A stretch of 63,282 bases of DNA, counting the filler, from Octopus bimaculoides (Eukaryota), in the NCBI RefSeq assembly GCF_001194135.2. It is 6 parts of 6 records of this genome, joined end to end, with 100 filler letters (N's around TTAATTAATTAA, not from the genome) between each part and the next. Parts side by side here need not be neighbours in the genome. Positions count along the whole stretch, not along the records: positions 39,565 to 50,929 come from NC_068987.1; positions 51,030 to 54,833 come from NW_026297079.1; positions 54,934 to 61,550 come from NC_069005.1; 3 more parts are not named here. One strand, written 5' to 3'. The position numbers and the translations under genes were made by a program. Of the stretch, positions 47,440 to 59,975 are shown in pieces. Positions within the stretch are counted from its first letter, which is position 1. Each line of letters starts with the position of its first letter. The notes under the pieces were generated by a model. That model was not told the origin of the DNA. It saw nothing but the letters and a program-made list of their open reading frames with translations, and did not search any database.

Positions 47440-48733
47440 ACGACAACCTCCACTTTATGTGATACATCATAGTCCTCCAGGCAATAACACAGGAATTCAA
47501 AACAGGATGCCCCTGGGAGCTCCTCTATGCTTATGACCTTGCTCTAATTGCTGAGTCACTATAAGAACTAGAGGAAAATTTTTAGGTGTGAAAGCAAGGA
47601 TTAGAATCGAAGGGCCTTAGAGTCAACCTAGCTAAAACCAAAGTCTTAATAAGTAGGAAGGCAGACAAACCACAAATCCCTTCAGGTAGATGGCTCTGCT
47701 CAATCTGTAGAAAAGGCGTAGGTAGAAACTCCATAAGATGTACCCAGTATAAACTATGGACACATAAGGGAGGCTAACTGGGAAGATAGTTTTCGTATGT
47801 GGCAAATGCTCCATAAATGTGCAGAAAACAGCTTCTGTCACATTCCAGGGAGAAAAACTAGAAGTAGTTGATAGCTTCCATTACCTAGGTAACCAAGTCA
47901 GTTGCAGGGGTAGATGCTCTGAAAGTGTAGCTGCTAGAATAAGAATAGCCTGGACAAAGTTCAGAGAGCTCCTACCTGCGTAAGCTTACAAGGAATGAAG
48001 CCAGTATGTTCCGCTGGATGTGTAATGTCAGTGTGCATACACGACAGTATAAGCGCCCTGAGAGAAATGTTGGATTTAAGAAGTATCAGATGTGGTGTGC
48101 AAGAGAGACGACTGCGCTAGTATGGTCATGTGTTGTGAATGAATGAGGACAGCTGTGTGGAAAAGTGTCACATCATAGCAGCTGAGGGAACCTGTGGAAG
48201 AGGTAGACCCAGGAAAACCTGGGATGAGGTAGTGAAGCACGACCTTCAAACATTGGGCCTTACCAAGGCCAAAATCAAACCAAAATCGCTGATGTGACTG
48301 ATGACAGCACTGCCTGATCGGCACTCATTAAAAGCACATCTGAGCATGACCATTGCAGGGCCATGGATTGGCTCCCATGCTGGTGACACAAGAAAAGCAC
48401 CACTTGAGCATGATCGTAGCCAGCATTGCCTTATCGGCACGGGAAAAGCTACATGCAAGCGTGGTCATTGCCAGTGCCACCGGACTGGCTCCCATGCAGG
48501 TAGCATGTAAAAACACCTTTTGAGCATGAGCATGGTCATTGCCAGAACTGCCTGACTGGTCCTCGTGCCAGTGGCATGTAAAAGCACCCACTACACTCCC
48601 AGAGTGGTTGGCATTAGGAAGGGCATCCAGCTGTAGAAACTTTGCCAGACCAGATTGAGCCTGGTGCAGCCTCTGGCTCACAAGTCCTTAGTCAAACCAT
48701 TTAAATGATGATGATGATGATGATGATGATGAT
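47440..48733 (+). mobile_element. 5'-truncated RTE-clade LINE with a tandemly repetitive 3' UTR and (GAT)n tail
   Basis: IVLQAITQEFKTGCPWELLYAYDLALIAES..GLESKGLRVNLAKTKVL..GRPRKTWDEVVKHDL. 3' end GGTTGGCATTAGGAAGGGCATCCAGCTGTAGAAAC, tail at 48705-48733. Confidence 0.9.
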
Positions 48734-48862
48734 CACAGAGAGGGCAGGGACCAAAGCTGGCTTCAGGGGTGCTCTGATCAATTTGGATCAATTGAAAGCA
48801 TTAGATAGGGTTGACCATTGCTACTTGGAAGCCATCCTGAAAGCAAGTGGTTTTGGACCAAG
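48734..48862 (+). mobile_element. Short Tx1-like RT fragment
   Basis: GALINLDQLKALDRVDHCYLEAILKASGFGP versus GALINLDKSKAFNKVDHHYLEAVLRAVGFSP in the 540-2628 element. Confidence 0.8.
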
Positions 48863-50929
48863 TGTATCGGTTCTCACAATTTTTAATAGCAAAGACTCAA
48901 AATGAGGTCACAAATTTGTGATATGCTCTACTGCAAACCTGACCAACCCATACCAACAAAGAAAAATAAATGTTAAAATAATGATGGGGATATTCTAATA
49001 TCAGACATCAATTTGAATAAATACAAATCCACAAATGTGACAGCTGTTTTAAAGAGCTTTTAAAGTAGGTTCATTTTACAAAATTAGTGAAGTGTGATGC
49101 AATTATTTCTTGTATGAAACTAGAATTAAAATGTTGTATTGTTTCAGTTAGAAGTGATTTCAACTATTAATAATAAAACAGTGTAGACAGCTTGAAATAG
49201 AACAGAATGGTTCGAATGTTTAATATTTTACAATAAAGAAATCAACAACATACTGTTTCAGCTTGATTTCTGCATTAATATCTCAAATTGGACAGATAAT
49301 ATCAGTGATAATGGAATTGTTAATGGTTGACCATGATTCATAAATATCTCTGGCTACTAAAGAGGAAGAGAATGTGTTTTAAGAAAATGATTTTTAGGAG
49401 ATAAAATAAGAAGAAATATACAGAACAATTACAAAAAGACATTCGTTGGAGTCAGTTGTAATTTGCCAATTGAAAACTCATACAGAGAAAAGGCATTCCA
49501 TTAATTGGCATAGATTTCAACTCTAATTCACTCCATTGTGCTACATTTAACTATTATTTAGATTTTTCATTTGTTCAGATGTAAGTAACACAAAAATATG
49601 AGCAGGTAAAATGGAATAAGTTCTGCTTTCATTTTCTAGAATATAATGACAGCCTTAAACTCACATTTGCTGTTTATTAATATTTCTGTTGGAGGAATTA
49701 TTTGATATCTTGAAATTTACCATTTATAGGGAACTCATTCATGTATCAAAGTACAAATTTGAAATTTCTTTATTTTACCCCAAAGTATTTTAGTTAGATG
49801 AGTTTAAAGTTTAATTACAAAAAAGATTATGCTATTTATTTACTTAAATATTTTTATGGTTTAATTATAAAATTATGTGTTACAGGAAAATTAATGTTGC
49901 AAATTTATGAAAAATATAAAAATGATCTCTTCGGTGGGTTAATCATTACTCAATTGCCAAATGGAATAACAGTTTCTTTAAGGCATTGTTGATTTAAATG
50001 ATGTAAAATTTCTTTGTTTTCTTTCCATTACTTTTTCCTTCTTTAGAAATACCATCATTCAATTTTTATTGTAGTTTGTAAATGTGTATGTGTGTGTGTA
50101 TATATATATTTATATGTGTGTGCATATGCATAAAAAAAAGTCTTTAAATGATTGCACTGACTAGCAGAAAGACTGCCCTCTGAGCAGTTTTCTGCTAGCC
50201 CCTTAATAATATTTTCAAATTTGATTCCTAATTCTAATAATTTTTATATTTTACATTTAATCATTTCTTTGAATAATAGTACTCACTTGCTTAGTAAATA
50301 TTGCTTTCATTATTTTATCAGTCATAATCTCTCTCTTTTAAACAAACATCACGGTAGATCAGCATCAGAGGGAGAAGCAATTTGTCAAGTTTTACCTTCC
50401 CCTCAAAGCAACATAGAGATTACAATTCAGCAGCCCATCTCTAAGCTTTTGCAGTGTGTGTGTATGTGAGAGAGAGAGTGGGGAGAGACAACATTGTAAA
50501 CAATGGATGAAATAAACATGAAATGAAAAAATCATATAAATAAAAGGGTATTACTACAGATGTATTTGCCCCTCACTTTGTTGCCTCATAATATCCAGAA
50601 AAATGGATATGGTTTAACAAAATTTTCTACAAATACTGCTTAAACGTTTAGCTTCAGAGTATATATAGGGATTTATGAGAAAGAATTTTTCCGAGGGGGT
50701 GGAGAGAAGAGTTTTAGAAAATTCACACGATCTGACTTTTTTTCCTCATAACTTTCAGGAAGATGGGTATCTTTTAATGAAAATTTATACAAATCCCTTT
50801 CAAACGACATAGATTACGATTTTAAAGAAAATTGTAGAGAAAATTTTTTCTGGGATTTTTCTCATTTTTTTTTTTTTAAACCAGACTTCGAAATGATGGG
50901 GTGGGGGGCATCTGTATGAAAAATGTTTT

Positions 50930-51029
50930 NNNNNNNNNNNNNNNNNNNNNNNNNNNNNNNNNNNNNNNNNNNNTTAATTAATTAANNNNNNNNNNNNNNN
51001 NNNNNNNNNNNNNNNNNNNNNNNNNNNNN
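50930..51029. other. Artificial spacer 44N-TTAATTAATTAA-44N
   Basis: Identical 100-bp structure. Confidence 0.95.
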
Positions 51030-51278
51030 CACACACATACACACACACATATATATATATATACATATCTTCAGTTAGAGGTTAAATTATCCTCATTAAG
51101 GGTTTGTGATGTCCAATGAATTACTGGTTTATTACCTAATATTTATTGTGAATAATAATAATATTCATAAAATAAGAGGTCTATTTATAAATCATGGTTT
51201 ATAATCATTCAAAAGGAAATACAGCATTTAATAAAAATTTATCATCTGAAAAAATCCAACGTATTCTCTTATAGCTGA

Positions 51279-51530
51279 TTCAATTAAGCCTAAAGATTAA
51301 AATACCAATTATTAAATCATTATATTAGGCAAAATCTCCTCAGAGGAGTAGAAAAAGATATACCGTTAGGTTATTAGATGTGTTTTCGAGTCATGTCAGA
51401 GTTTGCTGAGATGATTCGAAAACACAGCACGTAATAACCTAACGGTATATCTTTTTTCTACCCCTCTGAAGAGATTTTGCCTAATATAATGATTTAATAA
51501 TTGGTATTTTAATCTTTAGGCTCAACTGAA
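51279..51530. repeat. ~250-bp near-perfect palindrome (foldback MITE-like)
   Basis: Arms of ~115 bp (AGCCTAAAGATTAAAATACCAATTATTAAATCATTATATTAGGCAAAATCTC..GAGTCAT and its reverse complement), spacer ~51395-51410. Confidence 0.92.
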
Positions 51531-52039
51531 ACAATTTGAAACGGTAAATAAGATGTATTATTAAAAAAAAAATTTCCTTATTTTTCACGAGATTTAAAAA
51601 AAATTCGTATCTCAGTTTTCAATCTTTAAATCATTCTATATTTTGAGTTCCCGATTTTTGGTATTTTGATTCTCATTTTTTTGAAATTCAACCATCGCAC
51701 GTTTGGTAATATCGGCTGAAATTGATCTACAATACTGTATAACATAAATATTAGGAGACCCACTTTGTTGATAAACATAGAAGCGCTTGTTTATTCCGCC
51801 TCAAGTATTCTTCGACGATNNNNNNNNNNNNNNNNNNNNNNNNNNNNNNNNNNNNNNNNNNNNNNNNNNNNNNNNNNNNNNNNNNNNNNNNNNNNNNNNN
51901 NNNNNNNNNNNNNNNNNNNNNNNNNNNNNNNNNNNNNNNNNNNNNNNNNNNNNNNNNNNNNNNNNNNNNNNNNNNNNNNNNNNNNNNNNNNNNNNNNNNN
52001 NNNNNNNNNNNNNNNNNNNNNNNNNNNNNNNNNNNNNNN

Positions 52040-52100
<61 letters not shown>

Positions 52101-52695
52101 CACGCATGGACACATACACACAAACACACAGGCACACGCATATACTCACATACACACACATACACACGCACGCACAACAATATCTCGAGTACTGGAATAA
52201 ATATGTTTCACTTTTATATTTTGCTATCAGAACTTCGATATCTGAGGCTGGGAAAACCCCACCAGCTTTTTATGTAGATGAGTTCTTTTAATTCTTGAAT
52301 AAAATATACAAGCATTTAAAATACAGTTGATGTACTTATACGCCTATATATATGTATGTGTGTGTGCGGGCGCGTGTGTGCGTGTGTGTGCGTGTGTGTG
52401 AAAAATATTTCTTTGAACGAAATTCTATGTAAATCAATCTGAATATATATACTCATTATCACGATAAGAATCCTTTGAGTTATATGTAATTCAATAACAA
52501 AATACATACACGCTTTATATACACTTTTCAAAATATATACACATTTTATCATGATAAGAATCCTTTGATTAAAATTATGTCTAAATGAATAGCAAAAATA
52601 TATACTTTCTTCAGTTAACGGAATAGAATACGAAGACTGATGAATAAATATGTTGCTTCTGTTTCCGCTGATACACACAGACACACACACACACA

Positions 52696-52745
<50 letters not shown>

Positions 52746-52761
52746 TGCATACATACATACA

Positions 52762-53890
52762 TGGCCTAAACTGGCCTCTACATGAACTCAATGAGATAGA
52801 TGCAAGTTGCTAAGTGTTACAGGAAACCTCAACATCATTGGAGATGTAAATAGGCTATACTTCCCACTCAAGGATGGTGGTCGTAGTCTCAAATCTACAT
52901 TGATGACATATGAAGCACGGATTGTGACAATGAAACATCTGCAGAAGAGAAAAGAGATCAGTAACTATCTTGCCCAAGTTTGTAACCACGAAACCAACAA
53001 TATAATTAGGGTAACTAATGAACTCGAGGAGAAGTATGAAATAAGAGTTGATACAGAACTTTCTCCAAGGAGCATTGATAAAAACTATTTATCAGAACAA
53101 CAAAGAAAAAATACCAGTTCACTGAGAAGATGATATATGGGTACTTGGCACGTTAAATAAAAGCCATAGAAGGGATTGATCATATCATCAGCGTGGCATG
53201 AAGTACCGACAAGTTTAGGACATCCCACTTTGAAGGCTACATCCATACAATTCAAAAATAAAAGATCCCTACCATATACCTACATCATTACAGGCAGAAA
53301 ACATTGACAGACAACAAATGTAGACTGTGCAAGACCAAGACTGTAGACATCAGCCACATTATTGCCAACTGCGAGAGAATGTCTTCCAGATATTATTTTG
53401 TAATGAGGTATAATGAGGTGTTCAGAACGGTCTAGAACAGATAACAAAAAAGAAAATACCTACAAACGAAGTTGACCTTATTGAGACCGATGGATCAAAA
53501 GAATATTGGTAAAACTTAAAAATTAAAACAGCCAAAGTTAAAACACAACTGACCAGATATCATTGTGTGGAACCACAACGAAAAGATATGTTCTGTTGTG
53601 GAAATCAGCTGCTCTTTTGACATGAATGTAGTTAGAAAATTTCAAGAGAAAAAGGTCTTCTATGGACCATTGGTAAAGAGTTTGCAAATCCAGTATCCAA
53701 GATACACTTTCAGCCTCATACCTATTGTTATTGGAGCAACAGTATAGATGCTAACCCGTCTGGAGCAAAGTATGTGTGAATTTGGAGTCTTAGTTTGAGA
53801 ATGCGAATCTTAATTCATATACTACAAATGATCACGATATCTGGGACTATAAAAATCTGCAAAACCGACTTAAGATTTAAAGGATGATGG
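52762..53890 (+). mobile_element. 5'-truncated R4/Dong/NeSL-like LINE, subfamily B (post-RT, CCHC, RLE)
   Basis: DVNRLYFPLKDGGRSLKS, KCRLCKTKTVDISHIIANC, PDIIVWNHNEKICSVVEISC, FSLIPIVIGAT. Decayed. Confidence 0.85.
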
Positions 53891-54028
53891 TTAAAATAGA
53901 ATACTTTCCTTCACAACCTTCCTACCAAGTAGGTAGCCGGTCAAAATTTACTTTAAAATTATAAAGAGAAAGAGAACATACATACAAAAATCAAGGGTGA
54001 ATTGCTTTTCCTTCTTCGTTTGAACTTA

Positions 54029-54790
54029 CTAGGTCGTCAAGTATGAAATTTGTAGTAAGGCATATGGTAAACTTTGACAGTTGCTCGTTTTGCGCCATTA
54101 TTATATTTTGACAATATTTTTTGTTAGAAAGCTGACACATCTATTTCTATATTCTAACTCATTTTGCGCTTTATAAAGTATTTATAAATCGTTTTTTGCT
54201 ATTTCTGTTTAGAGATGGATAAGTCGGAAATTCGTACAGTTTTGAAATATGACTTCTTTCTTGGAAATACAGCATCACAGACAGCTCGGAATATTAATGA
54301 AGTATTTTATTCTAATGTTATTACACAGTAGACGGCATCAAATTGGTTTGCAAAATTTCGTTCTGGTAACTTTGACCTCACAAATGACCAACGCGGTCGA
54401 CCAGAAACACAGATGGATAATGATGAACTGAAAGCCACCATCGAGTCAGATCCACCTCAAAGTGCCCGTGAATTATCGTTGTTGTTTGGTGTTAGCAAAC
54501 AAACAATATTGAGTCACCTAGCTCAAATCAGTAAAGTTAAAAAGTTGGATAAGTGAGTTCCACATGAACTCAATGAAAATCAGAAACAGCAACATTTGGA
54601 AGTTGCATTATGCTACTTTCTTATCACAAAACTGAATCATTTTTTAATCGAATTGTAACATGTGATTAGAAATGGATCCAATACAACAACCGTAAACGTT
54701 CAGCACAATGGTTCGATAAAGACGAGCCACCAAAACACAGTCCAAAAACCAAAATTCATCAAAAGAAACTGATGGTGTGTGTTTGGTCCA
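54029..54790 (+). mobile_element. mariner transposon 5' half with decayed transposase
   Basis: ATG at 54215: MDKSEIRTVLKYDF..WFAKFRSGNFDLTNDQRGRP..DK*VPHEL..RIVTCD*KWIQYNN..PKTKIHQKKLMVCVW. TA|CTAGGTCG left end. Confidence 0.92.
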
Positions 54791-54833
54791 GCTGGACCAA
54801 ATGATGCAGAAACTTACAAAAAAAAAAAAAACC

Positions 54834-54933
54834 NNNNNNNNNNNNNNNNNNNNNNNNNNNNNNNNNNNNNNNNNNNNTTAATTAATTAANNNNNNNNNNN
54901 NNNNNNNNNNNNNNNNNNNNNNNNNNNNNNNNN
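54834..54933. other. Artificial spacer 44N-TTAATTAATTAA-44N
   Basis: Identical 100-bp structure. Confidence 0.95.
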
Positions 54934-54954
54934 TATATATATATATATATATGT

Positions 54955-55075
54955 ATCGTTTACCTTCAGTCATTTGACTACGGTCATCCTGAAGCGCTAA
55001 TCTACGGTGACGTGGTAAAACTAACACCGGTTTACAAGCAGGGGTAGGGGACAATCACAAATACCAATATACACA
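54955..55075 (-). mobile_element. Degenerate, internally deleted SINE family B 3' end
   Basis: TTCAGTCATTTGACTACGGTCAT..AACACCGGTTTACAAGC..GGGGACAA. Confidence 0.5.
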
Positions 55076-55419
55076 CAGATTCGCACACATGCTCACATAT
55101 TCAAATACACACACACACACACACATATCCAAATATGAATTAGAAGCAGCTCGAGGTATATATACAAAATCGAACACACATACAGGTCTGTGTGCGTGTT
55201 GTTAATTCGTGGGTCAGCTGTGTTTTAGGCGTAAGAGAATATATTCTCAGTGAACCTAGTGTTAAAAACACCTGCAAGTAAATCATAGGCGAACGAGGAA
55301 CGTAATGTGAGTTATCTCGCTTGCTTATGACTTACTTTTAAGCGTTTTTATCACCAGGCGCATTAAGAACCTATTATACCTAAAACGCCATCGGTCCACA
55401 AAGTAACAACACACACACG

Positions 55420-55479
<60 letters not shown>

Positions 55480-56789
55480 NNNNNNNNNNNNNNNNNNNNN
55501 NNNNNNNNNNNNNNNNNNNNNNNNNNNNNNNNNNNNNNNNNNNNNNNNNNNNNNNNNNNNNNNNNNNNNNNNNNNNNNNNNNNNNNNNNNNNNNNNNNNN
55601 NNNNNNNNNNNNNNNNNNNNNNNNNNNNNNNNNNNNNNNNNNNNNNNNNNNNNNNNNNNNNNNNNNNNNNNNNNNNNNNNNNNNNNNNNNNNNNNNNNNN
55701 NNNNNNNNNNNNNNNNNNNNNNNNNNNNNNNNNNNNNNNNNNNNNNNNNNNNNNNNNNNNNNNNNNNNNNNNNNNNNNNNNNNNNNNNNNNNNNNNNNNN
55801 NNNNNNNNNNNNNNNNNNNNNNNNNNNNNNNNNNNNNNNNNNNNNNNNNNNNNNNNNNNNNNNNNNNNNNNNNNNNNNNNNNNNNNNNNNNNNNNNNNNN
55901 NNNNNNNNNNNNNNNNNNNNNNNNNNNNNNNNNNNNNNNNNNNNNNNNNNNNNNNNNNNNNNNNNNNNNNNNNNNNNNNNNNNNNNNNNNNNNNNNNNNN
56001 NNNNNNNNNNNNNNNNNNNNNNNNNNNNNNNNNNNNNNNNNNNNNNNNNAATAAGGTACTCAGAGATCAGGATGGTTGTACATTTACAGATTTTTATTAA
56101 TATGTCACGTTTTTATAAATCATATAAATTAACGCTTTCATCTACTCTAATAGATTCTTCAGATTTAAATTTTTTTGAAGGGATTCGTCTCTTTTTATAA
56201 TATTACTAAGTTTGTAGGGGTAGAGAGAGAGAAGGGTAAAAACATAATGTGGGGTGTATAGGATAGTAAAAGAGGGTGAGGAATGGGGAGAAAGTGAGAG
56301 AGAGTGTGTGTGTGTGTATGTTTGTGTGTGTGTGTGCCTGTTGAATCTGAAAGAAATGTCAATGGAAAAGAGAAGGAAAGAAAGAAGGAAGAGAGAAAGA
56401 AGAAAAAATGTGTTCACATCTATACAGCTGGTCAGTTCTTTCAATAGAAGATGACAAGTTGATTCTTGGTCTTTAAAAATGGCAAAACCAGGTGGCTACT
56501 CTAAGGGGGGCGGCGGTTTTGAGAGGAATAAGGAAAGTTATTTTTCAAAACATTATCTGGACTTATTATCATCATCATCATATGTGACTAATTCGGAGAA
56601 ACATTACTTTCATTATTCACACATCATCACTCTTGTAATGCGACACTTTGTAATTTTAGTTCAAATTGAAAGTGTGAAACTATTTTCATTTTGTAATGAA
56701 ACCTGGTCGTTGTATAGAAGTATATTTGAAATAATTATAGCTAGTTATTGAGTTAACTTAGAAAATATGTAAATGAAAATAAAGTTTAT

Positions 56790-57335
56790 TTGACATGTGT
56801 AATTGATTTGATTGTTCTGGAAGGTGGTAAGCTGGCAGAATCGTTAGCATACCTCGCAAAATGTTTGAGCGGTATTTCGCCTGTTCCCGGGATCAACTTT
56901 GCCTTTCATCCTTTCGAGGTCGATAAATTAAGTACCAGTGAGACACTGGGGTCGATGTAGTCGATTGATCCCCACCCTCGAAATTTCAGGCCTTGTGCCT
57001 ATAATAGAAAGGATTTGATTGTTCTGGTCTTAACATCAGTTGGTAAGAATAGAAGTTATTTGACGACATCCATTTGCTTGTAATTGACTATCTTGTTGCT
57101 GGTTAAATCCGAAGAGCATTGAAATAATACCCATCTTGTCCATTCTACAGAATAATATTATACTGGAGAGCACCATAAGAGGGATGCGTCTGTGAAACGC
57201 GTTTAAGATTGTTACCCCGAACACGAATGAGAATATCTAGATTTTCATGGGGATCACTAACCATAAGGATGGCTTCTTTATTAGATGTGGGCTCATTGAA
57301 ACAGCGTAAAATGTTCTTTACCAGTTTACTATAGA
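56790..57335 (-). mobile_element. Helitron Rep-region fragment interrupted by a SINE
   Basis: RCFNEPTSNKEAILMVSDPHENLDILIRVRGNNLKRVSQTHPSYGALQYNIIL*NGQDGYYF..SSNNFYSYQLMLR matches the Helitron RDIV..LQRISE.H.SYDALQYP..F..G.DGY motif. Confidence 0.8.
56821..57011 (+). mobile_element. SINE family A with a 16-bp TSD
   Basis: TSD GATTTGATTGTTCTGG at 56805-56820 and 57012-57027. Internal deletion around the B box. Confidence 0.92.
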
Positions 57336-57397
57336 CGTAACGAACGCAGAAACACACACACACACATAGAATTGATAATATTGAAAACAAGAGAAAG

Positions 57398-57608
57398 ACA
57401 GCAAGCTGGCAGAAACGTTAGCACGCCGGTGAAATGCTTAGCTGTATTTCGTTTGTCTTAACGTTCTGAGTTCAATTTCCGCCGAGGTCGACTTTGCCTT
57501 TCATTCTTTTGGGGTCGATAAATTAAGTACTAGTTGCGTACTGGGATCGATATAATCGACTGCCCCCTCCTCCAAACTTTCGGGCCTTGTGCCTAGAGTA
57601 GAAAAGAC
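57398..57608 (+). mobile_element. SINE family A, near-complete
   Basis: Full head and body. TSD core TATTGAAAACA at 57379-57389 and 57609-57619. Confidence 0.9.
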
Positions 57609-57689
57609 TATTGAAAACAGGAAAGCGTACACACACGAAGTTCAAGCGAAATGAAATGTAGTCAATATAGGTGCAAAACATACTTTCTG

Positions 57690-58055
57690 TAGCATAGTTA
57701 TGCTATGAAAAATGGAAAGTCACCAATTTAGCAAAAGTTACTATGCCTCTCAAACCCGCTTTGATGGGGCCAAAGAGATGATAGTCTGAAGGCGCTAAAT
57801 TATTCCAGTGACGAGAAGGTGAAAACTGTAGTGAAGAAGTGGCTCAAAGAACAGTCAATAGAATTTTATGGGGCAGAGATACATGCTCTTATTCGAAGGT
57901 GGAACATTGCTATTGAGAGAAAAACGCTGATTATATTGAGGAGTAGGGATGTGATCCACAGAGGACCAGCTTCATTTTGATGTATGATAAATGTTCCTGT
58001 GTTGGTAATTATACCTGTACTAAACAAAATGGCATTACTTTTTGACTCACCCTCG
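57690..58055 (+). mobile_element. mariner-type 3' remnant
   Basis: SDEKVKTVVKKWLKEQSIEFYGAEIHALIRRWNIAIER..DYIEE*. Right TIR GCATTACTTTTTGACTCACCCTCG. Confidence 0.8.
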
Positions 58056-58616
58056 TGTAATAAAAATCAAAAAGACGTACATAGTAAATGTATTAGAACG
58101 TTAATCTAATAATTAGATCAACGATCAGAGAAAGCTCAGATAGAAAATAGAGGGGATGTGATGTTTCGAGCATGGCTCTTTGTCAAAAGGAGGAAAGAGG
58201 AAAAGGTCCAGAGAGAAGGAAAAGAATAGTACGAGAAAAGCACGTGTCGCTACATGGTAGAAAAATAATGAACCGGAAGTGGAGAGAGATAGAGAAAGAG
58301 TTTTTTGAAGGCAGGAAATTGCAAAAATGGTCAGTGTATGTGTGGTAGTATCTGTCTGCATGTGTGTGTGTGTGAGGGAGAGAGACGCGAACAGATTATG
58401 CAGCCATATTAGATTGTATGGATTTACCTTAATATTGATAATGATGATTGTAGTGGACGACATTTGAAACGTACAGTATTTGTGTGTCACATACATGAAT
58501 ACATAATACGAATGCATACATTCGTCAACGAAACACGAGTAAAACTTATAAATTGTATAAAAACGAAGAACATCCTTTTGCTGTTACAAATACACACACA
58601 TACACAAGCACACAAA

Positions 58617-58686
<70 letters not shown>

Positions 58687-59647
58687 NNNNNNNNNNNNNN
58701 NNNNNNNNNNNNNNNNNNNNNNNNNNNNNNNNNNNNNNNNNNNNNNNNNNNNNNNNNNNNNNNNNNNNNNNNNNNNNNNNNNNNNNNNNNNNNNNNNNNN
58801 NNNNNNNNNNNNNNNNNNNNNNNNNNNNNNNNNNNNNNNNNNNNNNNNNNNNNNNNNNNNNNNNNNNNNNNNNNNNNNNNNNNNNNNNNNNNNNNNNNNN
58901 NNNNNNNNNNNNNNNNNNNNNNNNNNNNNNNNNNNNNNNNNNNNNNNNNNNNNNNNNNNNNNNNNNNNNNNNNNNNNNNNNNNNNNNNNNNNNNNNNNNN
59001 NNNNNNNNNNNNNNNNNNNNNNNNNNNNNNNNNNNNNNNNNNNNNNNNNNNNNNNNNNNNNNNNNNNNNNNNNNNNNNNNNNNNNNNNNNNNNNNNNNNN
59101 NNNNNNNNNNNNNNNNNNNNNNNNNNNNNNNNNNNNNNNNNNNNNNNNNNNNNNNNNNNNNNNNNNNNNNNNNNNNNNNNNNNNNNNNNNNNNNNNNNNN
59201 NNNNNNNNNNNNNNNNNNNNNNNNNNNNNNNNNNNNNNNNNNNNNNNNNNNNNNNNNNNNNNNNNNNNNNNNNNNNNNNNNNNNNNNNNNNNNNNNNNNN
59301 NNNNNNNNNNNNNNNNNNNNNNNNNNNNNNNNNNNNNNNNNNNNNNNNNNNNNNNNNNNNNNNNNNNNNNNNNNNNNNNNNNNNNNNNNNNNNNNNNNNN
59401 NNNNNNNNNNNNNNNNNNNNNNNNNNNNNNNNNNNNNNNNNNNNNNNNNNNNNNNNNNNNNNNNNNNNNNNNNNNNNNNNNNNNNNNNNNNNNNNNNNNN
59501 NNNNNNNNNNNNNNNNNNNNNNNNNNNNNNNNNNNNNNNNNNNNNNNNNNNNNNNNNNNNNNNNNNNNNNNNNNNNNNNNNNNNNNNNNNNNNNNNNNNN
59601 NNNNNNNNNNNNNNNNNNNNNNNNNNNNNNATATATATATATATATA

Positions 59648-59725
59648 AGCCCTGGGGTCGATTTGTTCGACTGAAGTCGGTGCTCCAGCATGGCCGCAGT
59701 CAAATGACTGAAACAAATAAAAGAA
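59648..59725 (+). mobile_element. SINE family B 3' end
   Basis: CCTGGGGTCGATTTGTTCGACT..GGTGCTCCAGCATGGCCGCAGTCAAATGACTGAAACAAATAAAAGA. Confidence 0.85.
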
Positions 59726-59764
59726 TGAATGAATATATATACACACATACATACATATATATAT

Positions 59765-59975
59765 ATAGTTCAAATTTACAGGGAACAAAAGACGAAGACA
59801 TGTGTAGGAACACAAAGCAGGTGTATTAGTTTAACGCTCGAAAAAAAGTGGAAAAGCCTTTTACGTTTTGGAGCCTACGCTCTTCGGCAGAAAAGATTAA
59901 GGGGTAAAAAATGAAGAGAGAATGAAAAACAACGGAGAGAGAAAAAATGTGCAGAGTTCAACGTTCCATATATAT
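59765..59975 (-). repeat. Small repeat family E (second copy)
   Basis: Reverse complement CTGCCGAAGAGCGTAGGCTCCAAAACGTAAAAGG..AAACTAATACACCTGCT..GTCTTCGTCTTTTGTT. Confidence 0.7.

Noticed and set aside
49886-49933. Small candidate exons (49886-49933, 55229-55277, ~61785-61877)
   Set aside because: They have plausible AG/GT boundaries and short open frames only, with no recognisable homology or consistent gene model. This is expected by chance in this much sequence.
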